Shown here: positions 52,957 through 64,000 of the stretch, in pieces | Numbering within the stretch: the first letter of the stretch is position 1 | How the letters are laid out: every line of letters begins with the position of its first letter | Source of the DNA: Felis catus | Taxonomy: Eukaryota | Length of the DNA: 64,000 nucleotides | Assembly: GCF_018350175.1 (NCBI RefSeq) | Contig: NC_058382.1 | Span: forward strand, 56,298,001-56,362,000 | Direction: 5' to 3' | Translations under genes and position numbers: made by a program | The notes under the pieces: model-generated | Told to the model about the DNA's origin: nothing | The model's input: the letters and a program-made list of their open reading frames with translations, nothing else | The model's database searches: none

Positions 52957-53684
52957 GTAAGTCATACAAAATACAGATGATGTGACAAAGGCACATTTTA
53001 ATAAGGAGGAAAGCATACACAGGACAAGCTGACTGTGACCGTCTTGGTGGCCTCCTGAAGTTGGCCTCTATTCCTCTATGATAAGAAACCAGATGGTTTT
53101 GCCAATAAAAGAATGACAAAAGCCATCAAACAAACAAAAAATGGAATTTATAAAAACAACAATAATAATACCTCTGAATATCATGCTTTGGAGAGCTGTG
53201 TGTCATACAAACATGCTAAAGTTGTGTCAGGAAGATGTCACTGGTTAATAGATTCATTGCTTTTAAGATAATGTCCAGGCAACCAGCCAGATTCTATACT
53301 ATACATGCCATACCATACCATACCAGTATAGCAGTATGATATGTGGCCTAATTTAGATCCTGATTTTCAAATGTGTAAGTCCAGTGGCACCCTGGGTCAG
53401 CTCTCTAAAAAGAACTAAGATCATACTAAGATCAAAAGAACTAAATCATACTAGCCAGACCCAGAAAACACTGTCGCGTGAATCAGGGGAATAACTTTTC
53501 CAGGAAGAAATGTTCACTGTTAAATGGGCAGAAATACTGGTGTTGCTTGATCAACACATTCTCTCCCTGTAGGAAAGTCAACATGGAGAATCAAATGTAA
53601 ACCAGTTCGTATTTTTGGGTCATCCTGGAATTTGAACAGTGGCGGTTAGTTCAGTGAATGACCTTAATGGCTGGATGCTATTGA

Positions 53685-54420
53685 ACTATTTACTCATTCG
53701 TTACATAAATAAGGAGCACTTGTTATATGCCAGACTTCAAGATTGGGACTGGGTGAATATTGGCGTGAACAACAGAGAAGCCCCTAGTGTGATAGAGCTT
53801 TATTATAGTGGGGAGGCTATATTTCAATGAGGAAATAAACAAACAAGAAAATTGCAGAGGATAATAAATTCTGTGAGGAGCAGAAACAGCTCTTTGGGAA
53901 GAGAGTAAATGGCAAGGCCAGGGAGTAGAGGAACAGCAGTGTTCATGTACATGGCCGGGAAGGCTGGTCCGAGACCATGGTGTTTGAATGGAGACTGGAG
54001 GGGTGAGAAAAGGATAGCCACAGCAAGATCTGGGGAAGCTGCACTCTTAGCAGAGGGCACTGCACATGCAAAGGTCTAGAGGTGGGAAGGAACGAGGCGT
54101 ATTTGAGGAGCAAAACATCTGGATGGCTGCATTGTGAGTGGGGAAGAGTGGTAAGAGCTAAAGTCAGAGAATCTGGACTGTCACAGTGGCTTCAGACACC
54201 ATGGCAAGTGGGAATTTCATTGTATACACAGCAAGAGACTACTGGAGGTTCTCCCTGGAGTATGTGTGCGTGTGTGTGTGCCTGTGCGTGCGCACACTGA
54301 AAGACCCTCTGGCTGCCTCATAGGGAATGATTTGTGGGAGCAGAGTGGTTACGAGCAGTGGGCACAGAAAGATCTGCCAAAGGGGGTGTTATATGGTGAC
54401 GTGGACCAGAAGTGAAGGTA
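53685..54420 (-). mobile_element. L2 fragment
   Basis: tactcattcg...gagcacttgttatatgccag...gcagagggcactgcacatgcaaaggtctagagg. Confidence 0.75.
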
Positions 54421-54777
54421 ATTTGGACCATTAGAAATCTCTTTCTGTTGGAAATTAGAGGCATCAATAATCCAGTGTCTTGGTAATCACCATATTTGAG
54501 ATTTGAAGCTACCACTGTGCCTTTCTTTAAGCAAAACCTTGCCAAGGGTCCAGGACATGGGACAAAGGGGGGCAGAGCTGTTCCAAGTGGGCGATGGTGG
54601 GGTTTAGGAGCCCTGCCCTGTGGACAGCCCTAACCACTGCAATGGCCCTTGTGTCAGTGTCCCTGAAGCCAAGAGTGGCACTCACCAAGGACCAGATTCC
54701 TCAAGGCTGCAAGGCTCTGCCCCCAAACCATTTCAGAGACACCAGTTGCATCCTTGCTCTTTAGACGTTTACGTAAG

Positions 54778-54952
54778 TCTGGTGGTCTCAGCCCTCACTG
54801 TGCATCAGAGTTGCCTAGAGAAGTTAAGAGACACACGCCAGGCTCCGCCTCCCAAGATCCATTCAATTGGTCAGGAAGTGGGGACCATGCATCAGCAGTT
54901 TGCTTTTGAATCCCAGGTGATTCTGATGTGCAGCCAGGGTTGAGAACCCCTG
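54778..54952. mobile_element. MER5A hAT MITE
   Basis: ggtgattctgatgtgcagccagggttgagaacccctg terminus. Confidence 0.75.
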
Positions 54953-55374
54953 AGCTACACCAGGCCTCCTTCCAGAGTAGCGATGGACCAACAATATCAG
55001 CACCACCTGGTTGGGAATACCTGGACGGCCGTGCAACAGCTACTGGTTTCTCCATGCTCTTTATACCCTTAAAGGAACTTTTTCCCTCCGTGCATGCTTG
55101 GTTGTATCCATTCACCTTATCCTTTTCTTCATGTCTTATGCCTCACCGTCATCAGCCCCACACCAGGAGCTAACAAGAGATGCTCTGCTGAGCTCTGAGA
55201 CAGTGTATAGGTATCTTCAGAGAGTTTGGGGAGGTGGGGAGAAGGGAGACGCATCCTCCTCGCCCACTCAAACTCTCTGAGTCAGGCAACTCTAACTGCA
55301 TAAATATCGCACATCAGACGAGTGTAGAATGCCGTATGAAGAAGAGACTGTGGTTATGAACGCATAAGGACGCT

Positions 55375-55735
55375 GGCCTCACTTTGGTTTCCCCCAGAAG
55401 CTGACCCTGAGACAAGAATTCAAATGCAACTAGTTTATGTAGGAGGTGAAGAGAATACTGGTAAGGGAGGGGAGTGGGGGGAATGGAAGTGATCCAGGGA
55501 AGGGAAACAGCCAACTGAAAGGTCTCTTTATGAAGGCAACTACCACTGTAGGTGACTGCAATGTAATCCCCGGGGGGCATGCTAGGGAATGGTGGAAAGC
55601 ACATTCCACGGGGGAGAAAGCTGGGGTATTTACAGACCAACCCCATCTGTCTTTAGTTGAGGATCTTTCACAAAGGCACAAACTCTCTAGCACATCCAGC
55701 CTTCCCTGTGTTCTGGGTGCCAGCATGACAGCTTT
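55375..55735 (-). mobile_element. ERVL solo LTR, LTR16/LTR33-like
   Basis: ggtttcccccagaagctgaccctgagacaagaattcaaatgcaactagtttatgtaggaggtga. Confidence 0.7.
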
Positions 55736-56159
55736 CTGAGGCCCAGGGAGACAGTTGCAACCCTGCTGGTGTGCCCTGAAAAGGTGAGGTCCAAGGAAGG
55801 GGACAGGGCACGGATGGACTCCATTCCATCACCGAACTTAATACAAATACGTTTGTTTGCAGGCCACATTGTCCCTGGCTCCCCTTCTGCTCCCACCTCA
55901 TTTTCTGAACTTTTTTTTGTCTCATGCCTTTGGAGAGGACTGTGCTTGCTTCTCTCCATGAATACGTACTCGCTGCATGTCAGGTGGGCAGTTCTCTGAA
56001 ATTCAACCCAATCCGCATCACTAAGCACACATTCTGCATCTGCATTTACAAAGCACCATGCTAGGGGCTGGGGATCTAAGGACAAAAGGCAATAGACAGG
56101 ATCCTTAATCTCACAGGATTATAGAGTAGAAAAAAATCATCACAAACACATTATTTTTC

Positions 56160-56365
56160 CAATGCTGTGAAGTATAAGCACCTTTCACCCATTACCTTAA
56201 ATTCTCATACAAGCAACCCCGTGAGGGTCATCCTCCAGTGTGCAGGGTGAGAGTAAGCAGAGTCAGAGGGAGACGGTCACCTGTCCCAAGTCACACAGTC
56301 AGTTAGTAGCAGAAACAAATTCCAAACCAACCCTTTGAGGTTTCAGTCTGTGCTCTTAACCCGCT
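56160..56365 (-). mobile_element. MIR
   Basis: cctgtcccaagtcacacagtcagttagtagcaga...ctgtgctcttaacc. Confidence 0.65.
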
Positions 56366-56440
56366 AAGTGCAATCTGAGAATTCTCTTACATGGGATGAA
56401 ATATCTTTGCTGACAGTTACGCTCTTTAAAACAACATTAA

Positions 56441-56655
56441 GGGGCGCCTGGGTGGCTCAGTCGGTTAAGCGTCTGACTTCAGCTCAGGTCACGATCTCGC
56501 AATCCGTGAGATCGAGCCCCGCGTCGGACTCTGGGCTGATGGCTCAGAGCCTGGAGCCTGCTTCTGATTCTGTCTCCCTCTCTCTTTGCCCCTCCCCCGT
56601 TCATGCTCTGTCTCTGTCTCAAAAATAAATAAACGTTAAAAAAAAACTTTAAAAA
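56441..56655 (+). mobile_element. Young Can-SINE (SINEC_Fc)
   Basis: Near-consensus ggggcgcctgggtggctcagtcggttaagcg, flanked by the repeat aacattaa. Confidence 0.96.
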
Positions 56656-56689
56656 ATAAAACATTAAAATTAAATTTAATTATTTGAAT

Positions 56690-56875
56690 TTGAAGTGCAC
56701 CAAAGAAAAAAAGTAGGATGGATAGAGGGCTGGGTAATTGAATAGATGTATGAGAAAACAAATTTAGTAAAATGTTAATGGTAGAATTGGGTGGTGGGCA
56801 TAAGGTCGATCACTGAAAATTTCTTTCACCGTTTCCTCTGTTTGGAAATTTCCGAATACAATGTTAGAGGAAAAT
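56690..56875 (+). mobile_element. L1ME 3' end fragment
   Basis: aaaatgttaatggtagaat...cactgaaaatttctttcac...tttggaaatttcc. Confidence 0.6.
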
Positions 56876-58351
56876 TAAGCTTAACTAAATACAACATTAT
56901 CATAAGACACAAGAATTGGTGTGTTGACTCAAAAATAATTTTTTGTCTTTCACTTCAAGAGGATGGATGGAGACTAAGTACCTATTTCTTTTCTTTCTTC
57001 TTTTTTTTTTTTGTGTGTGTGTCGTATTTTATCATAAATGCCTTTTAAAGAAAGGAGACTCACACACTTCAGGGTAAAGACATCAAAAGCAAGGTGCTGC
57101 CATGAATCCACTCTCTGGGGGAGATTTTTCTCAGTTGAGGCTGTGCCATGCAGAACTGTGTATTGACAGAAAGGCTTTGCAGGTAGCCCTGGGGGCTAGA
57201 CAAAGTTTTGGTTTGATGCATTATTTACCTGCCAAATAATTAATTAGTTGGTAAGTGGCTAACTTATTGGAATTTGGAAACAGCTTTAACATCATCTCCC
57301 TCAGTGTTTCTGAAAAATGGCTTAAATACCCAGTTGCGCATATACCCCCTCAAACCTGTGACTTCCTTCCCGTTTTTGAGTTCTAGATCCGGGAGTGTGT
57401 GCCCTAAAGAGAAATGTGTAGCTGCCACCAGGTGCTTTTTCCCTCCCCCTTCAAAGTGTGACTATTTCAAAATTTGAGCCATAAATAATTTCTTAGTTTT
57501 ACCAACTTTCACTGATAAATATTTGATTGCCTCTTTAGAGATTTTTGAGTTCCTGGGCCTGATTGATTGAGAGCAGGGGACTTTAAATCTGTGGGGCAGC
57601 AAGGAGGTCTTTGGGAGACGTATTTTATTCTGTTTTATATTAAGTTTGAAAGACAAGTCATTTATGAAATGCTTATTAGAGATTCTAGTTTCATCACAAA
57701 CCCTTTTCATCAAAACCAATGAAAGTACATTTTACTGAAAATCCTTTTTTTATATCCCCTATAAATTGGTAGAGCGGGCCTTTAGAAGGACATCTTTAAC
57801 CCAGGACGGGAGAAATATGTAATTGGACCGTGTGCTTTTCGTAAAGGGAATCAACATAGATCATTAGAGCAAATCATGAAAACCACTCAACCAGGACTCT
57901 GCTTTGATTGTGTCATGAATGCACATCATCCACAAGGGTAATTTATGGCAGTTCCTAAATATTGCTCAGAGTTCTGGGCATACCGTCTAGTAGGGATCTC
58001 CCCACATGCACGTAGTCTGTACCTCCCATTTATGCCCAGCTTTGCAAACAGGTGCCAAGGAACCGGTAGCTCAGGACTGAATTTGTTTTACTCCACGTAA
58101 TAGCCATTTGCATCACTTTGAGAACACATGGGTGCCAAGCTGTGTGGGCCACAAATCTGGTCCCAGATCCCCAGCACTGCTCAATCTCACCCTCCTACTA
58201 AAACCATAGACTTAGCCCCGTCCTACTGCCTGACTCGTTCTGTGTCGTCACCATCAGCCCTCCACCCCTTTTCAAATCCACTGTTTCACAGTTTTTATTC
58301 AAGTCTGACTACATGCCTCCTCTCAGAAATTTACAGCAGTTTAATTTCTCT

Positions 58352-58567
58352 TTTTAAAAATTTTTTTATACATTTATTTATTTATTTTGAGAGAGTGATG
58401 GGGGTGTCAGAGGCACAGAGAGAGAGAGGGAAAGAGACAATCCCAAGCAGGCTCCGTGCCATCAGCGCAGATCCCTACGTAGGGCTCGAATTCATGCACT
58501 GTGAGATCATGACCTGAGCCGAAATTAAGAGTCTGACACTTAACTGACTGAGCCACCCAGGCACCCC
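58352..58567 (-). mobile_element. Can-SINE
   Basis: Reverse SINEC with TSD taatttctc. Confidence 0.93.
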
Positions 58568-58649
58568 TAATTTCTCCTCTTAAAAAGAAGCAGCAGTTTT
58601 ACTCAATAACTAAAATTTACCACTGGCTAGTGTATAGGAGAGAAATTTG

Positions 58650-58867
58650 GGGGCGCCTGGGTGTCTCAGTCAGTCAAACCTCCAACTTTGGCTCAGGTCA
58701 TGATCTCCTGTTTTACAGGTTCATGCCCCACATCAGGCTCTGTGCTGACAGCTCAGAGCCTGGAGCCTGCTTCAGATTCTATGTCTCCTTCTCTCTGTCC
58801 CTCCCCTGCTCCTACACTGTCTCTCTCTCTCTCTCTCTCTCTCAAAAATAAATAAACATGAAAAAAA
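58650..58867 (+). mobile_element. Can-SINE
   Basis: SINEC with TSD gagagaaatttg. Confidence 0.95.
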
Positions 58868-59079
58868 GAGAGAAATTTGAATATAAAAGATCCAAGATGT
58901 CCAGAAACTCAATATTCAAAACTTCTTGCAGAGATGAATAGCATAATTTTTTTCTAGATGTAGCAACACCACTCATACATATGCCTTTACTATTTCCATG
59001 ACTTAGAACTCTTTCCTCTTCCTGGGACACAGCCCCTGCATCCACACTCTCTGGGGGCTGACGCATTTACATTCAAGGC

Positions 59080-59600
59080 TTCGCTGTCCAGTGGAACATT
59101 TACATCCTTGCAGAAAATTCTGTCCACACTGTCCAGTATGGTAGCCTCTAACCAACCACATGTGGTTATTGAACACTTGACATGTGGCCAATGCAACTGC
59201 GGAACTGGAGTTTTAAATTTTATCTAATTTTAATGAATTTTAACTCAAAATTAAAAACTACTATTGGATTCAGTATTGGCATGAGAAATCTCCTTTTTCA
59301 ACTGTAAATTTTAGTCTAAGTACAGGTCAAATACTTTTCATGAAAATATAATATCTAAATTGATAGGTAAGTGTAATATAAACAGGTTTTCACAAGCATA
59401 TTACCCCCACACACAAAGCATGAAAAATATCTCATTAATAATCCTTATATTCTTGTCATGTTGAAATCAAAACATTTTGGATATCTTTGTATGCTTAAAA
59501 TTAATCTCATTTGTTTCTTTTTACTTTTTTTTTAATGTGGCTACCAGAGAATTTAAAATTATTTGTGTGGCTCACATTATATTTCTATTGATCACTGCTG
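59080..59600. mobile_element. hAT-Charlie non-autonomous element (MER3/MER33/Charlie5-like) with both ends
   Basis: cgctgtccagtggaac...ccacatgtggttattgaacacttga ... aatgtggctaccagagaatttaaaatt...atttctattgatcactgctg. Confidence 0.75.
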
Positions 59601-60639
59601 GGCTAACGCCTGTTTCTGATGCAGTCTCTTCCTTGGGTTTTTTTTTTTCGTTTGACCTCCTTTACACATTGTTTATACCTCCTTGCTCACACAGAACACA
59701 TTCGAGAGAGCAATATAGTTTCTTTTGTATTTTCCTTATCTTTCTGTTAACTATAATTCATCAAGTGTAGCGATACAATCCACTCAAATATTCTTTGACT
59801 TGAATTCTAGTTAGGTCTATGCCTGGTTGGATAAGGCATTCACTGGTTCCTGATTAAAGTGATCACAGCCCGGTTTGTTGTTAGAATGGAATTAATAGAC
59901 CATTATATGATCAGTCTGGATATTTCTAGCAAATTTTAATTTTCCACAATGGCAGTGAGGATACCAGATAAATTGGTTGGTAGTCAACCATTATGTCAGG
60001 TCAAATCTGTATCTTTGGCAGATTGTGATAGATTGGATGTTGATGGATTGTGTGTGGGGCGGAGGGGGGGGTGGGGAGGGGAAAGAGAGAAGGAGAGAGA
60101 GAGAGAAGAAAGAATGTGCTCGTATTTCCATATTTGCTCAGACGTACGGTATTTTAAACCCACTTAAATAAAGAACCTCAAAACTAACTTTATTCACAAC
60201 TGAACAGAGTTAATTTTAACTTATTTCAACTAAGTCTAGTAAAAATATATATTTGCCATTAACAAGTGTTGCCCTCTTTCTGCAAAGTTTAATTAATGAT
60301 AAAACATAATTGAGTTGTTTTGGTTGTTTGCCAAATACATATATATGCAAAAATGCCCTCCATGATATACATCCAGCAAATAAAGGCATCCGAGCCTATG
60401 GAGGAAGCAATATTTTTAGTCCTGGGTTTATCACCCCTTCAGTTCTCAATGTGAAAGATTCCCAAGGCTTTATTGTTATGTACATTTGGCCTCAGACTGA
60501 ATTTATATTTAATTATTCGTGAACATTAAAGGATCTGGCATTTCAGCTTGAATTAGCACCCTGGAGGCAGGAGAGTTGAAGATTTTCAAATCCAACTAGA
60601 ATCTTCAACATCTAATGAATGTCAGCATCTAAGCCAAAC

Positions 60640-60815
60640 CTGGGTGCCCTGCCTTGTTCTTACAACAACCCCACAAAGTGCTACACCCATTTCTCAGATG
60701 GGGAAACTGGCATCAGAGAAAGGAGACAACTTGCCCAAGGTGACTCATTTAAAGAGCTGTAGCACGAATACCGGAATCTAGGAGTCTTGAGTGCCCATCA
60801 ACGATCTCTGTACCA
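60640..60815 (-). mobile_element. MIR
   Basis: cccatttctcagatggggaaactgg...aacttgcccaaggt. Confidence 0.7.
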
Positions 60816-61377
60816 TAATGTGTGAATGTTGAGTCCCCATGGGTCTCTGCTGTTTGCATAACATGCTCATGTGAATTGCCATCTGACTCTCGCACATACT
60901 CTCAGAGACCAGCGTTCTATCCCTATTGTACTGAGGAATCGAGGCTAGTGCATCATGCAAGACGGTTTCCTTGTGGTACAAACTGAGGTGTTGTGCAAGC
61001 TGGGTTCCTTCTGCCTTACCACCTGCCATGCACTGGGGGGTCTGGATAGATTTCAAAGCAGCACATGGTGTGGGCTAAGGAATAGGCTTTATTGGAGAAA
61101 GAGAACACGTAGAAGCCAGGGGTCAGCCAAAGGTGAGAATCACTGCTCCTCTTCCCCATCATCCTGCAGAGAGCTATGCCAAGGCCTGGGCAGAGCTGAA
61201 CATTGTCCAGGTTTGCCAGATGAGGCTCTCTGCTGACATCACTCTCCCTTCTTAAGCTACCTTGACTATAACCTTGTCAGTGGACAGACAGTCAAATTCT
61301 TGGGGTGCCTGAGCACAGGTACCCAGATTTATAGAGGTTATCTAAGATTCCAGATGCTCAAAGCCAGACGCCTTGGA

Positions 61378-61556
61378 CAGTGATATGCTGGTTAACCAGC
61401 TCTTGAGTGTGAGGAAAGCCCTAATTAGTAATGTTTGCCACTTTCTTTGGCGTAAGTCTTCCCACAGTGACCAATTTCAAGCTACCAATGTTCAGACTTC
61501 TTAAATACTTAACAACTGACTTTGACCAAGAAGTAGGAGCTAGCTCCAGCTTACCC
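61378..61556. mobile_element. MER63-like hAT MITE
   Basis: cagtgatatgctggttaaccagctc...gtgaccaatttcaagctaccaa...agctagctccagc. Confidence 0.65.
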
Positions 61557-62689
61557 CTAACCTTGGGACCTATGGAATGTGACACTGGATGGGCCAGCGA
61601 ATGCCCTGGCCCAATGGGGATCCGTACTTGAGTGGAACCTCCAGCTTGGAGAGATGGCTTCCCCATCTACCCATTTAGCCCTGAAGTCACCTGTTTCTTG
61701 TCCAGGGTGAGCACGAGGGGTCCTTCTGGATAATTCTGCCCCTTGCAACCCATTAAGAACCTTGTCTAACACCACATCACCGGTGGAAAGGAGAAACAGA
61801 CCTTGAACCAGCACCCTTTCAGCTTTGCCCCACTTCTCCTCCTGTGCACAAAAAAACCAAGTCAGTTCCCTGAGGCTGACAAATTCTGTGACAATTGTCC
61901 CAGTTCTACCTGGAAAATGAGGAAGGGAGAGATAACATCCTCTGTGAAGTGTGGAGAAATGAGGTTAACCTCACAGTTATTTGATGTGCATGTTTGTGCA
62001 CTGAGTCAAGGCCAGAGGTCATGTCTTGGTTTAACAAGACCACGTGTTGACAAGCAGAAAACTGCTTTCTTCACCCGGCAAGGAAAGCCACCGTCTGGCT
62101 TCAGAGCATGCTCTTTTTGTTGTTGTTGGTATGTTGCTGACAACCCTGTTCAAAGGAACCACAAGGAACAAAAATGAAAGCAGAAAAGGCTAACTTTGGT
62201 GTAATTAAGAGATACCACTGCTCCTTTTTCTCAGCAATGAGGCCACGGCTGACTCAGTCGATAAGGGCGGTGAAGGAGCAGGGCCCAAGGTGCTGCGGGG
62301 AATGGACTGGCCCTTTTGTGGTCAAACTTGCAGTCCCAGGTTTTGAGGCAGAGCTGGATGGCAACAGAAACAGGCCAATCCACGGTTTTCTGAAAAGGGG
62401 GAGGGGATGGACGAAGAACTCACCTTTATTTCCTTTTCTAACTTGGAGCTCGCCCTGGCTTCCCAATGGGGTCCTAAGGGAGAGACTTCAGTGTGGGGCT
62501 GGTCCTGCCTCCAATAGCAGGAATGGGGAAGGTCTTGGACACAAACGCCCTCTGGTGCAAGCTTAAACGGTCCCACCTGTGGGTGTTTCATTGGCGATGC
62601 TGGTGTTTCGGATCAGGAGATGAAGAACAGACCCAGCTTAGGCCTTTGGGGAAGGCAAATATTCCTCCTAGGCTGAAAAGTTGAGGCTC

Positions 62690-62830
62690 GTGCATTCATT
62701 CATTCACTTAGCCATTCATTCAGAAATGTTTATCGAGTGACTACTCTGTGCCAGGCACTGTGCTGGCTGCTGCCCATGGATTCCCCTCTCATGGAACACA
62801 CAACTGGAAGAGACACAGAGCTGTAAACAT
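62690..62830 (-). mobile_element. L2 3' end
   Basis: cattcattcattc...tttatcgagtgactactctgtgccaggcactgtgct. Confidence 0.8.
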
Positions 62831-63261
62831 GCAGATGAGACGGTGACAGGGAGCAGTGGACATGTGGAGAACCTGAGAAGGCAGAGGACGCAGCTCCCAA
62901 GAGAACCCCCCCTCGTGTACCATACCAGCAGGCAAGGCAAAGTTGGGCCAGAAAGAGTTCTCCAGGCAGTGACAAGATCATAGGTGCAACATCTAGAACC
63001 CAGAGAGAGCATCCAGTACCTGGAGAGCCAAGAATCACTGAATGGGGCTGGGTCAACAAGGGCCCCTGACAAATAAATTTAGAGGAAGAATGAGGGGCTG
63101 GACAATGAAGAACCGTAAACACAACTCCAACTCCAGCGAGTTCACGCCTTATTCTGCAGATATCAGTTATACATCGAGGAATGACATGACCAGATTGGCC
63201 TTTTAGGAAGATAAATCAGCTTGTGGTGGGTCACACCTGGAGGCTGAGAAAACCAGAAGCG

Positions 63262-63262
<1 letters not shown>

Positions 63263-63292
<30 letters not shown>
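63263..63292 (+). repeat. (TG)n microsatellite
   Basis: Direct observation. Confidence 0.97.
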
Positions 63293-64000
63293 CACGGATG
63301 GCAGCTGTAACAGCAGCCCAGGTGGGCGGTGCATGGCACCTGGGCCTGGAAGTGGCAGGGAGACTGGAGAGAAGATACCGAGGCAAGCACTGGGCAGCCT
63401 TGGTGAGTGTTGGGTGGGGAGGGAAGGAGGTAGAGGAAAAGGAAGACCCCTCTTAGCTGGGAACATCATGCCTCCATAGGATGCTGAAGAAGTCACCTGC
63501 ACAGAGGGTTTAACTGTGGGTCAGGAGACTTTTCATAAAACTAAGGGGCCTGTTTTATCCCTCCTCCCTCAAGTTCACTCTTTACCAGGGCTGCTGTGCT
63601 TTCCTTCCGTGAAGCAAGGGGTAAGTTCTCCCAGAGGAGATAGATCTACCCTCCCATTATACACAGGTGGACGGACAGGCTAGATGCTAGATGTGGAGCT
63701 GGGCTTCTAGGGAGTAGGTTCATTTTGTACCCGCAAGGCTCGTGGGCCACCAGACTCTCAGAAGCTCCTTCCCTATGTGTCCCCAGGTGTGAACACAAGT
63801 CCTGCCTGATCTGTGCCTTGTGATTTCAGTTTAGTTATTCCTGGTTCTGGATTTGAAATCTTTTTTTTTTCTTTTTTTTTCTGCCAGCTCAGAAATGCAC
63901 AACAGCTGTGTTCACTGTTGGCCTTCTAGCCTCGAATTCATTCTAAATACATTCCTTCTTAGTAATTTCTTCTTTGAATGCTGATGTTGGCTATGCATTA

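Larger units (their letters stand above)
52957..64000 (+). other. CDH13: CDH13 intron downstream of the exon (5' part of intron 4)
   Basis: Starts gtaagt. The next expected coding sequence (VVDSDRP...) was not seen in the window. Confidence 0.85.

Noticed and set aside
1059..58867. tRNA-like heads and many similar short ORFs (MAQSVK.., APPPL..)
   Set aside because: All derive from tRNA-derived Can-SINEs, not tRNA genes or a protein family.
61803..62566. Two abutting + strand ORFs (124 and 130 aa) that look operon-like
   Set aside because: No recognisable homology, and lengths are compatible with chance in a mammalian intron.
63861..63990. Strong polypyrimidine tract plus CAG at about 63885 as a possible next CDH13 exon
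   Set aside because: The in-frame translation (LRNAQQLCSLLAF*) is not the expected VVDSDRP... continuation, and no donor is evident. A cryptic or terminal exon cannot be supported without RNA data.

Overview
Mammalian genomic DNA, almost certainly from a felid (cat family), judged from 18 carnivore Can-SINEs of SINEC_Fc type and a felid-type L1 3' end. The window lies inside the large CDH13 (T-cadherin) gene on the + strand. I found exactly one coding exon, 52840-52956 (117 bp, phase 0/0, AG/GT flanked). It encodes [39 protein letters not shown], i.e. the end of the propeptide, the furin-type cleavage site and the start of EC1, and corresponds to exon 4 in the human gene as I recall it. The supplied ORF track misses this exon. 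The listed ORFs are chance or repeat-derived, apart from decayed L1 ORF1/ORF2 remnants. The rest is intron, filled with SINEC, MIR, L1, L2, L3/CR1, MaLR (MLT1) and ERVL (LTR16/33-like) solo LTRs, hAT MITEs and microsatellites. I see no convincing new biological system. The items most worth a second look are the symmetric exon whose skipping would remove the processing site, an unexplained degenerate 91-bp triple repeat at about 7.17-7.43 kb, close inverted SINE pairs, nested insertions and a candidate intronic enhancer near 39.8-40.1 kb. Repeat family names are from recollection of consensus sequences, not a search, and boundaries of old repeats are approximate.
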